A stretch of 64,000 nt of DNA from Catajapyx aquilonaris (taxonomy: Eukaryota). The DNA is taken from NCBI GenBank assembly GCA_000934665.2, contig KZ538109.1, positions 1 to 64,000 of the forward strand, in the 5' to 3' direction. Below are positions 39,204-54,300 of this stretch, piece by piece; within the stretch, counting starts at the first letter, position 1; each line of letters starts with the position of its first letter. A program made the translations under genes and the position numbers. The notes under the pieces are model-generated. The model saw only the letters and a list, made by a program, of their open reading frames with translations, ran no database searches and had not been told where the DNA came from.

Positions 39204-42200
39204 CAGTGCGAGAGGTTTCCATGACACACTCACAGTCGGGTTTTTTGTGAATATTATTAATAATATTCACACAGCTATATGTCCTCCACAATACGAAATT
39301 TCCAACTCTGAGAGAGAAGAGGTCGCAAAGACAAATGCAAGAGGGAAGAGAAGCTGCCAGACATGCAATGTAGGGTAGCCGACACATCTCATTTACCTTG
39401 CGGCCCGGATTTCGACACCCGGAAAGTGGCTATAAATCCGGTTAACCGGAAAAGTTCCGGAAGGGAAGGACTGCCAACTGCCTAGGCCCTGCTGCCGTTT
39501 GGGGGAAGGGAAGGAAGAAAATAAGAACGGTTTGGCTGATGGCCCGGAGAAGCCGTCTATTACTAGACCACTTCCCCCCTTTCCAAATCTACGATCAAAA
39601 CGTGATCAGCTCTAGGCGCGTAGCCAGATATATTTTATGCAGTTGGAATCAAGATGGCGGTAATGACTTTAGTTGGAGCACTTGCTGAACTATTTTCAAA
39701 ATTGCATGATAGTGCCATCAATTAATTTTATTCTAAGAAATCATTTTTTGGGTACATATTCTACAGTTTCACAGCCTTAAGAACGCACCCTGCCACCGCC
39801 ATCTGTCGTGGGCGTCCCTAACCTCCTTCACTCCTATCAAAATCTGCAATCGCTAAAAAACTGATGATGGGGGCGAAAAACTTCTAGACATATGACTGAC
39901 ATTCTCCCACACTCCCTACCCCTCGATTATACTCCCTCCCCCCATCTCCCCACCTCCTTTTACATTCCCAGGTAGGCCAATGACTGTAGCTACCGGCAGG
40001 CCTGGAGCGATAAAGCTGCCACTCAAAGCGCATGACTGCTCAGTCTTCTCGACTATAATCAAGAAGGGTGGAAAAACCCCCCCCTCTCTCCTCCTTCCCC
40101 CTACTCCTTATTGCATGTCGCCGGATAGAGACAAAGACGTTGATTTGGGTATCCGACAAACCCGGTCCTTAACATGAAACTTTCAACGGCCCCTTTCGAT
40201 TTATGAGTGATGGTTTTCCCCACCAAACTACAAATGAGGGATTATTAGTGTCATTCTCAAGTTACCCCCTCGAGCGGTATATGCTAGAACTTCAAATTTT
40301 TTTCCCCTCTTCTCTTATAACTCTAAGGACCACCCACCTGTTCGAGAAAATTACACCCTAGCAAATTCCCTTGACTGTTCAATAACACAGACTGTCGTGA
40401 TGTTATTGGCACTCAAAACACAGCTTGTGGGACATGCGCCATAAAGTTGGACTTGTGAGTGACAAGGAAATTGAGACCAGTTTCTCTCAAGGTGAGGCTC
40501 AGGAAGGAAAAAGAACGTATCTGCACGGAAACTTGGAAAGGGGGGGACTAACTGATTTTAATGTCACGAAGAGAGACGTGGGCTTTGGCTCGAATGATAG
40601 ACACATTTTGGATAGGCTGCAATAAACAGAACTGGCCATACTTGGGCAAGTACAGGTAAAGTAGGGCAGTCGTGACAGGTACGCAATTAGGATCCTATTC
40701 TAAGTATCGATTTGAGACAGGTTTTTGTATACAGTGTAGGGATATACCAAGTTCGTGGGTCGCTTTTTGTCATCATTGATATCATCCGAATTATTAGTTA
40801 TTTTTGTATAGCTTGTTATGCAGCGATCCAAGTGCTTCAGTAGCATCAGGCGGTCAACTAATTAGGAGCACAACAAGCCACAACATACTGAGCGAAATTT
40901 CCTACAACAATAACTATTATATAAAAGGCCCGATGAACTTAGAACAGCCTATTCTAAAGTCGTTTTCACTTAATTGTGACTGAAATTTGCACCTTTTGAT
41001 ATTACTCCAGTGTAAAAGTTCGAGTGAACCTGACACTTTCTTTCAAAAATCACTCAACATGAGCTATATTCATGCAGGACCACCCAACAACCCATGTGTC
41101 AACTCATCACCTATTATACTGTACATTACAGCAAAATAACCTCGACATATTTGGAACTTGTTAATTGCAGAACATACTCCTGGATGAGTGATCGTCCACT
41201 CCACAGTTAGTGACACCCCAGCACTTTACCACCCCATAGCACATCAGACCAACAACCCCCCACGTAGTCTCTTGCATCATACCCTCCGTCACATGTCAGT
41301 TGTCCGTGACAGACCCGGTCATCACCGCCAATTAGAAGCAATTCCGATCCGCAATAAGCACCCTCTTCCTCTTCCAGCACGTTCCTAGAGATGGCCACAC
41401 CTGATTGGCCCCCTTCCCCTATATATACCGCTAATAAACGGGCGTGTCAATGCGTTTCAATGCGGATTAATTCGAGGCCTCATGACACCTACTAATTAGA
41501 CTGACAATTGATGACCGAAACTGATCAGTGGCGGGACACACTATTGACCCGGTTCTTATCTGAGGCAGGTATTTAATGCTGGATACACTCCAATTGGACA
41601 CGTACGGCCAACGACATTGTTTTTATAGGCCCGGGTGACATGTTCCAAACAAGGACACCCAGCCCCCACATGTAGTATACGCTCACCTATCCTATAAGTT
41701 CCTATTCGTGATACACGAACTGTACGATAAGGTTTGCAAAGTCCTTTCATTTGTGCTGATTACACATCGCATGGGGGATGGGATGAACAATCACGCAGTC
41801 AAATTTGGAGAAGAATTACCACAAAAAATACTTCAAGGAGAACTGGAGAAGTCGTGTGTTGGTAGTTAAATATTCATCAAGTCCTACTTATTGGAGGGAA
41901 AATTAGGGGCACTGGAAGTACTATTAGAAGTGTCACTTGTGTTTGGAGACGATGATTTATTAGGACTGCTGGGTAGATTGCACAGCAGGTGATAATGTGT
42001 GCATTTCCCATGATGGTGGATGCGTCAATATTAATATAGGATGGTGTCATGTCTCCTACGTAGAACAGGAACCTGGAACTATGTTCACCTGTTCCAAAAT
42101 GGCATGTCACAAAATATTTATGCCTGCAAATATTCCAAACAGCACTCCATTTCCCCTTTTATAAACAAATTGATGAGACTTGATGTAGTAAGCCAGATAA

Positions 42201-45200
42201 ACGCCACAAACAGAAAAGCCAGCGGCTGGTAACTGACAGACGCCACCGCTAGTTGGCAGCTTTACCCCTCCATCGCCACATCCACTCGACCTTAATAGTC
42301 TTCCCCCCTGGTAAATGATTGATGCACACCAGGAGTAGTGGCTGGTGATTAACATCTCGTTGTCGTCTTGGACCAATACAAAATCCCTCCACAAATCCTC
42401 CCCACCGCCACCCTTTACGAGGGATTCGGGGGTCTTTGTTCTGGAAATGTTGGGCGCAAAGAGGCGGTTCCAACTTGGGGTCCGCAGCCCTCTGATAAAT
42501 CGCGCGCGGTCCTGACATGAATGGATGAGGCGACAAGTGCCGACAAATGCGTGCAAAAATACTGAACACGGCCGACTAGGGGTCTTCCCTAATGACCCCC
42601 ATTCGTCTTCTCTTATGAGCAGCGCCACTCCCGAGAAAGGCAACCTGAGACCCTCTCGGGGAGAGAGAACTGCTGGCTGAGATGGAGGGTTTCCCCTTAC
42701 CAGGGCACAGCCAAGGTTGAGTCTAACCCTAGAATATATGGTAGACATGTAATAAATAGGAGTCATTAAAGATAAAACCTAGTAAGGGTATGCAGCGTTT
42801 AACTACCATATATGAAGTGTCACACAGAGCCGTGATACATGGTTCACACTTCAGAAAAGATTGTTGCGAATAATGAAAAACAAACTTTTCTAGCTCTTCT
42901 CCAGATGGAAAATGTTTCCTATAAGTGACCATTGTTCACAACAATGTTCTTCAGACGGAGACTGGAGGTGGTGAGCCATGCTGATGAATTCTACCTGCAT
43001 ATCATCTGAATCGCAAAAAAAAAAAAAATATTTCGAAGCTCCAAGACATAAATTATTACCTAATTTTTTTTACTAGAAGCGTATAAATCCTGGCACACAA
43101 TTATCAGCATCACATCTAACTGCATTTCCTGAAATATATGAGGTGTTTAGCTTAACACCCTTCTCATTAACGGAACAGTGCAAGAAACCACCATCCATGT
43201 AGCCATCCGTATAAATCAAAAACCCTCTCTAGGAACGAATTCTTCACGGTTCTGACCCCGGTCATTCCTTTCTTCCTTCCAAATATTTTAAAACGCCGTA
43301 CTAATGATGTCTTTAAGTAAAACCCTCCTCGAGGTTGCGTGGGTGCTCGCGTTTCATCATCCCTAGAGGTAGTTAGCCGTAAAAACCATCTCAGGCCCAG
43401 GTTTTCAATTTTTCCTCCCGCACCTTCCACACCGTAAATCAGTCCTAGGGCCGCTGCGCCTCATACATCCTCTCCTTCAGCACACTTCATCAAAACCTCC
43501 TTCTTTAAAGGAAGAAGAAGAAAAAAAAAAATTAAAATGAATTGCCCCACAGCACTTAGGGCGGCCTAGTCATAAAACAAGAAAGAAAGGCGCAACTCTT
43601 AACAATGGCTCCTCTCCATTGTTCACTCCAGGCCCAGGCCCTGGAGATTTATAGATGGAGGGCCCCTAGGATGCCTCCTTCCATTCCTCGTCTTCAGCAA
43701 AACGCTAGGGTCTAATGAGAGGAAGGGGAATTTGGTGCAAGGCATGGAGGGAGGGTGTCCTGACTCACGGCCTCAGATAAGGACATGGAAATAAGACCCT
43801 GTGTCAATGTCAGGGCGGATTTGTAGCTGGGCAGGTAGGCCGCATCAAGCACTAGGCGCCATTTGTCGTCCGCTCCTTCCAGCAGCGACACCGGTCGGGA
43901 CGCTTTGGAAATGACAGCGCCATTTGTCTGCGCGGGGGCTGACGTGGACGTCGCATATTTTGCGCAAGGCTGATTTGCGACCGGGGCTGGATTAGAATTG
44001 TCGTCTATCCGGTCATTACGAGCCTGTTATGCTCTCAAATTAACGGGTGTTACAAAAAGGTCGCGTCAAAGGATTCTATACAAAGCAAGCTACAGCGAAT
44101 CTATGTGGAAAATGTGAAAACAATATTAATTGTGAAAAATAGTTAATTTAAATTTTCTGGATAATTTTTATATGTGGTAAATGTTTATTTTTGAGTCGAA
44201 GTTGTTTATGAAAAGTTACACATCCAACTTTCAGTGATGGCTGAGCTTCCGGATTAAGACAAAGGCATATTCGTTACAAAATAACTTGAGCCGACTCTTA
44301 TTTCCCCGTCAAGAGATATGCCACAATCCCGTAGCATTACCCTGTCTGACTCTCCCACATAAAACCAGCTTTTCAAAAGCAAATAACGTACAATTTTGGC
44401 TACTCATTACTTGCAATGCATAAAACATGCATTCCTCATCCGAAAAAGTATGGAATCAATATCGACAAAAGTACTATTGTCACAAAAAAGGTCAAGATCT
44501 CAACAAGGACAACTCGCAGGAATTGTTGTTGTTGTTTCCTGACAACACCTACAATATGACCCAATATTTCGAACGCGCCTCATTTCCCTTTTGTTGATCA
44601 TACTAATAAGTCTGAGGAGATAGGCGGGTGAGCAACTGATTCTCTTCGCGCAATAAATCTCATGTGTATATGTCCAGCCCCGTTCTACCCGTAGGTGGCC
44701 TCAGGTATCCTCCAGGTATACCAGAAAGACCAACATCGCCCAAAAGGCGAAACCCTCCCTTTTCTTACAAGGAAATACTCAGGCTCGTTAGTGAAGCTAA
44801 TGACTTTCACCACGCTCAACTTGTTCCTCCGCCTGGGAGGAGCCTGGCTATTTTACATGTGGAAAGTTGGAGTTATTACCATGTGCAAATAATTGGTCGT
44901 AAATCCTCCAGGCTTGTAGAGGAGGGTTGGATGAAATAATACAAGAAAAAAATAAGGTAGAAGGGGGGAGCGGAAGAAAACAATACTTGCGTTATTTTTC
45001 AAGTAAGACGTGAGTGGGACTATTAAGTGTCTGGCTGGCAAAAATGGTCACATTGCCGTTTTGTTGGAGTTGTCAAGGAGTGCTTTTTTATTACCTCCTG
45101 CTAGGATAATGCAAAGGAATAAATTTTTTGGGGGAGAGGAGGGGAAAGAGGGGAGAGCGTTTCATTCGAACCGGAGCCCGGAGAAATTCATTACGGGAGG

Positions 45201-48200
45201 GGTTTTATGTGCGTGTATATTGTAAGAACACTCTTTGCGGGCTGATAAACGTTCCGGGGGAAGTCTTAAACACAAAGTACCACCCAATTCAACTAGTCTT
45301 GGGCGAGTTTAGGAGACGCTCGCAGCGTTGGGTTGGACCAACTTGCGCAGAAATCCGACTCTGCGATGCCAAATGACGTGGAGGAATAAATAGCACTTTT
45401 TTTTGGAAATATTACTCAGATAGGTAAGCCTAGCGTCCTACATACAGTACACTTGTGTGACTTATTCGCAGAACTAGCACCAAAACAAACAAACGATCGT
45501 TACTGGAGTGACTCAGATTTCAAGTCCTCATCAACTAAGTTAAATGGGACGCGGAACATCCTGATGGCACTAGCGACCAGGGGTTGACTATGGACCACCA
45601 GAGCCAATAAGGCCAGTCGGTCATCTCGAGCATGAGTGAGTAGAAAGAGGAGGGGGTAACTCCGGGGCTAGGAAAACAAATGTGTAGCCAGGGCATGGAA
45701 CTTCAATTAGCCTTCTCCCAAAATGGCCTCTAGCGTCCATCTCACACGATGATTCAATGGTTTTTTTTCCACCACCCCCGAACTTCTCTCGCTGGCTTTG
45801 AGCGCGAGGAAAAAGAACAAAGGAACACTAATCACACCGAGATGGCAGCTCCTATGAGAAGGAGAGAAATGGCGCGCCCTGAAGTCAAGCGAGAGCTATT
45901 TGTTCAATTTCTGGTGCGGTTACAAATGGTTGCTGTCATGAGACCACACTGGTGTACAGGTATCGGGAGAGAGGTACGGGGGAGAAAAGATTTTCGCCGG
46001 GTGCCACGTGTACATGCCAAGAGCTTATTTATGACCAAGTCACAGGCAAGAGAAAGAAATATGGCGCGAATGGTGTAAGGCAAGAGCGGCGTTTTAAAAA
46101 GAGAAATAATTGAGGTGTTCCTTCAAAGTAGTTCAAGGCTCCTCAGTAAATCATATACATAATTCGCTGCAATCCACGGTACTGTTATACTGTTGGTAAG
46201 GATGAGATTAATGAACAAGTGCGGATCCGGCTTAGTCTTGCCGTTGCGCCGCGCCGCGTCGCTGAGTATCGCCGCGCCTGATCAGGTCTAGAGCCGCGCA
46301 ATATTTTGTGCTATCTAAGATTGTCACTGTTGCAGTTGACAGCACACTGATTGTCAACTCTAAATTGTTAAGAATTTCCTTCAAACTCTGCTCTTTTCTC
46401 CCTCAAAAAGATCACAAGTGACTCCTGCAAGCGATGGTAGTTCAGGACTTGATTCCGCACACCTCCCCCATCCAATTCCTGTGCTGAATTGGAAGTTACT
46501 ATGATCTTGTCAAGGGGACCCCACCCATGGAAATGAGGATGGAAAGGTCTCGAGGTCTAGCTTCTTATTACGGTCAAAGTGCGTTTTTTATCCCACCATT
46601 TTTTTGTATGTACCCCCCCCCCCCCCCCCCCNCCCCCCTTTCTAGGTTGAAGGAAAATGCGGGTGCGGGTTGAGGGGTGGTAGAATCTAGACATGCACAC
46701 TCACACATCACTTTGGAACCCTGCTTATCTGGGCTCCGGAAGGCCCCGTGATAAAGCTAATGCCTCTCTTCCCGCGAGTAATGCCCGCGCGAATCACCCC
46801 CGCACCCCGTAAAGTGCCCATAGCGCCCAAAAGAAGTGCGCAATAATTCCCTATCACGGTGACATCGCCAGCTAGGGAGAGATCAACCCTCCCCCCCTCC
46901 CCCCTTCCAACCCTGAGGGTATATATGGGAAAGTTGGATAGGGGAGAGAGAAAAAAATAGGGAAGAGAAGCTAAAACCTACTGCCAAAATCATATTTCCG
47001 AACTTGCCATATCTTTCGGAGGGAAATTTGCTCTTTGGATGCATCTTTTGGAAAATGGCGGAGAGAGGTAACGTGGTTTGGGTTACAACAATCCTTGTAT
47101 GATGCAACCTAAATTATTTCCTCGATTATTTCATACCCACTGGTTCGAAAATCTACCCTACTAAAAAAAATTCCCCTTACGACATTACTATTCCGACCAT
47201 GCCATTGCGTAATCAGTGAAACGTGGACCAGTTCCAGAATAGAGCAAAACAGCCCTCACCATTCCCCCCAGAAGGTGACACCTGCTTCCATTACTCAAAA
47301 TGCAGGCAGGTGGGAAGACTTTTGCTTTAGAAAAAAAAAAAAGTGCTTCCATCAGAAAACACGTACATAGCTATCTCTACCCGAGTTCCACTCTGGTGGA
47401 ACGCCATCAATCCTCGAACCCCGCTGCCACTCCCGACAAGAGGATGACCAATTCGGAGAATAATGGCCGACGACTTTCATTAAGTCGTTCGAGCTGAACG
47501 TGTCACTCTATTCCCCTCACCCGAACCCCCTTCCCAAGCACCCAATCTCACTCCTCTTGTCCTTTCCCTTCCTCCACGGATACATCACATAAATCTGCTG
47601 CTCACAATAAATTGTAACTGGTGATTACGCCCAGAAGCGCAAGCACTGAAAAATAGCAGCTATTTTAAAATAGCCGTTTTTGCCCTAAAATGTCGGCCCG
47701 TTTAACGGCTGTGCTTTGTGCATGGAATCAGTAGATGGCGCAGACTGCGGAAATTCTCGCGGTACGATATGACGCTGGCTTAGGATGTTAATGATCGGTG
47801 TAGTAATATTACACTATCGCAAATTATCAAAAAAATGCAGTTACGCACCGTATAATTTGTCAAGGGGTATGATAGTATCGCATTTTCTGCAAAGGAATGG
47901 AACATTCCAGTTCCCCTCAGGTTTTGAAATACGAGCCCGTAGGTGAGATAAATACGCGTCAACCCTTACGTTACATGCGCCAAGCCGGTAATTTAATATG
48001 CTTGTAAGTCGTCAGCGAAGGAAAAGGGTTGCTCCTTGGAAGGCAACGGCACCAGAGGCCCTCCTTTCCCGCCATCAAGCACCATTGTGTGCATCGAAGG
48101 AGAAAAACACCCGCCCATGCCTGCCACGACTCGCTCTTTTCCACTAGTTTCACACATCTGCCTGGTCTTATCTAACTTCAACTGATAAAACTGTCCCTCA

Positions 48201-51200
48201 CACGGTATACCGCTCAAACAACAACCACTGCCATCTGCCGGATGAGGTCCCAAAAATAGCAGAATAGGCCCTATCAGCATGTTCATAAATATTCTTTCCT
48301 TTTACACTAGATGATACCTCGGTGGAGTCAGATACACCCAGAATGGGACATCCATCTAATGCTGCAGGGAGCGGTCCACAATAGGGGCTACCGGTAACAC
48401 AATGCTTCAGCCATAGATCAGGAGCCTCTAAACGTCAGGGGCTTATCTGGTATCTCCGGGCCGCCTCTGCGACAATTCCGACTCTTACAAGGACTCCCAC
48501 GGAGTGACAAGGCTACCCAAAAATTATTGCAGGTGTGGTCCTCCCATTTCCTGGCCACAGTCCGACAAAAGAACCTCAGAAGAATAGCAGTGACGTCAAC
48601 AATAAATGCGTTTTATGAACACTGTCACACAAAAAGTAACAGTTGAGGCGTGCAAAAATATTCGGGCGAAAAATTCGGCAGAGTTGAAATTCTGCGGCCG
48701 CAATAATGAGGAATGAAGGGAACATGAGGTGGGGCATTAGTCAAGATTGATTGATAGACGTTATTCATCAGTAATTACCACGTTAGGACCTCTCTTGAGA
48801 CCAGGACGTGTCTTTCATTCGATGGTTGGTGTGGGGGGGGAGTGAGGGACGTCGAGTTGGAGCGGCCGCGGGNNNNNNNNNNAATTCATCAAGGCCCCGC
48901 CTATTGAAATAAAGGGCATTAAACATTTTTGACAGACGATGTAAATATTTATGCAGAAATTGTGAGGGAAGGACGTTTCGAAGGGCTGACGTTGGTTTTT
49001 CCTTTTTGATGTACGTGCCATATGTAGCCCTAACAGTGCGGTATGACACCATCAATATTCAGTACAGGCAGTATAATGTAACATGGTCTATACTCCAAAA
49101 GCTGAAGAGAAACCGAAAAATTTGAATTCCGCTTTAGACATACGGTGGAATGTACTGTAAAAAGTGTCATCAAGTACGTCATTTATTTTAATTTAAATTT
49201 AACTGTAATTTGATATAAACATACTACTGTATTGCAGTGCAAAAGCCGGTAAATACCTAACATGACGGAGGCAAGTGGATGTTGGGAAGGAAATCTGTAG
49301 ATGGCGTATGCTGCTCCTTCGCAAATTTTTACACCGGCACGACATGACACAGACGCATTAATATATATGATTGCTGTCGTTTGGCTCCTACTCAGCCCTA
49401 GTTCTTCCTAAAAACGTTATGAATATACAAGTAAAAAAAAGCAACAATCTTCTGGCCGCTGTCGCCTCCAGATTGGGCAAAATGCAAAGGATGATGATCC
49501 CGTGGAAATGCGTGGTCTCCGTTGCACCATCCAAAAACACAAGCCCTCTCTAACGGATTAAGCTTCTACTATATCCGTTTCAACCCTCATCCTATGAGGA
49601 AGAAAACTCAGAGAAAGAAGAAAAAAAGATGCTTTCTCTTAAGCGAGTTACTGCTCCTGGAGTCAAGGTGGCCGCAGATATATCCCAGAGGGAGGCTGGG
49701 ATTGAAGAATCCGGACCAACACCAATTTTCTGTGGGGCCTTCCCCCGGATTTTATCCTGAGGTGAACAGGGGCGCTAAACAAGTCAAGAGCCAAAATTGC
49801 TGGCCGGCACTCCTGGAGGCTCAATATCGGCCTCTCATTGTTGCTAGGGAAGCGAGAGAGTATGTTACAATCAGAGGGAGACTCAAATGGCTCCTTTATC
49901 AGTCTACTCTGCTTCGTAACTGCAGCATACATAGTGGTGAAGCTTGGTACTTGGAAGGTCACTGCACTACTGTTAGGCAAAGTAGCCAATATTAGCAGCT
50001 GTTACTTCTGTAAAAAAAGCAGTTAGTGTCAATGTACTAAATCATTTCATAGGTATACTTTTCCAACACTCAAATTGTAGGCGAAACCCCAGTAGTAACA
50101 ACACCGCGAAATAATCACTCAAATTACCCCCTATCAAGACCGGTGCCGAGCCTTTTCATCTTGGTCTAGCATTCCCTACACTGCCATGTAGTTAAAGCAA
50201 CCCCCTGGTGGACATGTCAGTGACAAGAGTTCAACTTGTCATTAAGCGATAAGAACAGGGTACGAGAATCCAAAAAAAGGCATGCATACAAACGCCTTCA
50301 TTGGTACTGGGATGGTCAAGGAAACATGTAGCAATGATGACAATAATGGGCGACATGAAGGAATTTAAAACGGCATTGAAAACCCCTCCTGCATGTTCCT
50401 TTCACCACTTACGGGGACCTCCAAAATATTGGAATTACTCCGTGGCAGACGCAATTTAAGAAGAAAAGCATGGGCTATTAGGCACCAGGAACAGTGATCA
50501 AGAGAAGGGGTGACACACCTCACAACATGGATGGTAATGCCCATGGTAACGTCACAGATACTGGAATTGACAGACGTGGTGTGACGGTATCTGAGGTGTC
50601 AAGACCCCACTTACACGACTGTGTCCTCCGATAAGTAACATGGTACGGCCAGAATTTCTGACATTGTGCATATGTATCCTGAGCGAGAAACATTTCCCAT
50701 TGAAAGTTTTTCCCTGCACAAAATTCACAACCATATCTACCCTAGCCCACAATCATAACAATGCTTCAAGATATCCCTTTCACAAAGAGCTCCACCTGGG
50801 AATAGTCAGATACACAGCAGCTCCAACTAGCGGACACCCCCAGAGTGATTAGGTTGGACCCCGCCCGAGCTTCCACAATGGCCATAATTACCTTTCCCTG
50901 GGCCCGATTATCATCCAACACCGACTCGTTAACAGCAACGTACGGTGTCATTTCGGGAAATAAATGGCGACCCCCGATGACATATTTTACGATGGCGGCG
51001 CCCGCCCTATCACAGACCCCATTTAGAAGATGCCAGGAAGCAGCTAAGTGCTGTCTGGCCGCTCTCTGTAAGTCACGCGACGGAGGAAGAGGCAGAGGGT
51101 TGGAAAGTGGTGGTGGGGGAATATATGTCCCTTTTTTTTCTCACGTGTCATGGCGGTGACTCTATCGACTTCTGCTTTCAACGCGCCACTCGTTTGTCTT

Positions 51201-51321
51201 GACATTACACGCAGGGTGTCAGCTCCAACGCGCCCCAAGATGGCCGACAAATCTGAGACAATCAGAACTGGTGGTACAATAAGGAACTAGCCTCGCACTA
51301 GGTTGCATACACAAGTTTAAG

Positions 51322-51395
51322 CCTCCCACAGGTCCTCCCAGGTCCTCCCAGGTCCTCCCAGGTCCTCCCGGTCTTCCCGGTCCTCCAGGTCCCAC
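51322..51395. repeat. 10-bp tandem repeat (CAGGTCCTCC)n, decaying
   Basis: About 7 units, visible directly. Confidence 0.9.
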
Positions 51396-54300
51396 CACCA
51401 GATCCGCGCCATCTAGTGAGCGCGTCAGCACAACTTTCATAGTCGTCCATCTTTGATTTGGTACGCAATCTCGTGTGTATATTACAATGCACGCAAGTCA
51501 GTATTTACAGTCCTGTCGACATGCTTGGGTGGGCAAGTTACACTGGAAACGCCTCGCTTTATGATCACAGCACGACAACATTCGCCATTTTTTCTCCCCC
51601 TTTCCTTTCATTATTCAACACATTAGTATGTGGCTTATATCACACACACACACCTGCTTTCTCACGCTATGTTCATCCCGGTTTTCCTACCCAGAAAACC
51701 ACATTATTTGAGCCTCGCTTTTAAAGATGGCGTAAATGCCTCGCCATAACCTTTTACCTCGTGGACCACCATGAAAGTCCAAAGTAGGGGGACCTGGAAT
51801 TGTGACGTAAAATGCCATAAGCGCCGCCGCCGGTAATGAAATCGAGTTGACACGCGCCAGACATGGAGTACAAATGTCAAAATTATAACCAACCGCTCTA
51901 TTATAGAGCAGGAGAGGGAGGGGAAGGGGGTGGGAATGGGAATGGGAGGGTAGGACCGTTGGAAAATGAAGATTGGCATGCTGATGTGAAATGTACGGGG
52001 GATTTATAATGGACCATGATTTATATGACAATGTTTACGACTTGTTTCCGGATTTCATTGCGAACTAAATGACCCGTTCTGACAGGTCATATAGTGCGAG
52101 GGACGATCCGACACCTGGTCAACCGATTACGCGAATGACAAGGTCAGGAGTGAAATGTCCTGCCAGGCTATCAAGCGTTTAGTATTATATTTATGCTAAA
52201 TGTAAAACGTTACTCATCAGCACAACCAAGGATAAGCTATAATTATATAGTACTACAATACAGGCTTTTAACTATTGTGGCTATATAGGCAGAATTGATA
52301 GTTTCTCTAATTACAATTTTAGCAGGTATGTTAAAACAGGTAATTGCACTTAGGAGCTACAAATACTGGTATGGCTATGGACCAGTTGAACACCTAGTCA
52401 AGACAAAGCCATCAATCGTATTAATACTGATTAGAAAGCGCTACCTGAGCCCTCAAAACCAGTCGGAAAGGAAAACATGGTAGCTAGCAGACTTGTGTGA
52501 GCGTGTGTGTGTGTATATGTCCCCTAGCCATGGCTAAAGCCACTCCCTTCCCCGCTAATCAACTGAAAATGTGTCGACTCAATCCGGTGGAGCGCATGAT
52601 GGACAGCGCCAAATGCCCCGATTTCCACTAAGGCAATAAATTTATCGCTGCCCCCAGTTGTGCACCCTGCTATTCCGTGTGACAACGACCTGAATTAACA
52701 GCTCGGACATGTCATGCATGCACATGTGAACAAAACGCTTCTATACTCAACAGCCCTTTCAGCACATACATTACACAAACACACGCAGGTGTAATCGGCC
52801 GGCACTTAAAATAGGAGGGCAGATGACTACTAGCGACGCTCTCCAGGCCAGAATCTGAACTACTGTAAGATCTTCACATAAAAAATTCCCTAGCAGAACA
52901 GAAGTGTCCAGCCCCCCAAGAGCAGAATAATAAATGAGACCGGACAGCTTCGTCTACAAGCCAATTATCTGGCGATTGAGCGGCCCGACTTGAAGGGGAA
53001 GAGCCAGGGCTGTAAAGTGGCCATAAATTGCGCCCCGGGTCCACCTTCACCCCCTTAAGAATTACTACCCTACCCTTGGCCCTCCCTGAAATCATTCCTC
53101 TCCCGACACTCCATCTAGCTTGACCATGGTTCCACACCTACACGCCAGATGGGGAGTCACGTATCACGCCCTTACAAATTGGACCCACAGATGGCGCCAC
53201 GCACTGTGGAATATTTATTTACTTATTTACAAATTTAAGTACATCATTGTGTAGGTACTTCAATAAAATGTGTACTAAAAATAAGCAGAACATTTCGCGC
53301 ACGTACGATTTCCGTGGAACTTATTCGAGCTTCAAACGCCGATTCTTACGATAAACCTACCTAACTTGTAACGCCCTATGCGTTTTATGTCCGCTTATCT
53401 AAAAAATTGCATGTTTCACGTATATAAAAAAAACGGCGGTTAATTAATCCGCCACACCTGCACCAAACATTCGCCATGTACTGACATCGAGCCTTCGCAA
53501 CTTCTACGCCATGCATCTGACGGAAGTTTCACAATTGATTCTTTTACACCCCTGTTTAAGTGCTTTTACACCTCAAAGAAGGGGAGTTAAGAAAGAATAA
53601 GAAAAGTGAGCCCCGCCCACTTTAAGCACTGGAATTATCGCTTTAATTTGGTGAAAGGGTGAAAGGCATTCTTGGAAAATTGCATGGGGTAAGAACATTA
53701 CAATTGGAGATAGATGGCGTGGACTTGTAAGACTGGGATCCACACCATCTAATTGGTGGGATGACCAAATGATAGGCTGTCGGCTTTTGGAGGAAAGGTA
53801 GAGATGGCGCTGACAACCGTGGCAACAAAATCGCCAGGCGTGAGTAATCCGGCATGACGTCCTTCTTTGGAAAATAACAGGAGGCGGCACTATTGTTCCA
53901 AAAAAAAATTCATAGACTCATATTCAAATTGTATTAAAACAATGTCTTCAGCAACCACTTTCACATGGCAACAACGCTGTCCTCACTCACACCACATTTG
54001 TCATCCCGACAGGTATGACCATGTCCCCCAAGCCCCAGGATTTCGAAAGCGGACACTTATCTTCATAAAAAAGAATACAGCCTGTCCACAGTAAAATAAA
54101 ACGCCACACCGCCTTACAAGCACCATAACTCGTCCTTTCCATACCCTGCATTACCACTTTGTCTCACGCTGATAATCTTTACAAGTCCCTACCGAATATT
54201 GCTCTCGCTACTGGTTCCAACTAGTTTTTTCAATACGTTTCTACACGTATCTATTTTTTTATATATATAAAAAACTCCTTACAACTGTTCGGTCACATTT

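Noticed and set aside
42107..42766. Longest ORF in the track (219 aa), and other 100-170 aa ORFs in 1-57 kb
   Set aside because: No recognisable domain, no consistent splice structure, and composition typical of random GC-rich non-coding frames.
51219..51440. Collagen-like GPGGPGRPGGPG peptide
   Set aside because: Produced by a 10/9-bp tandem repeat, not a coding exon.
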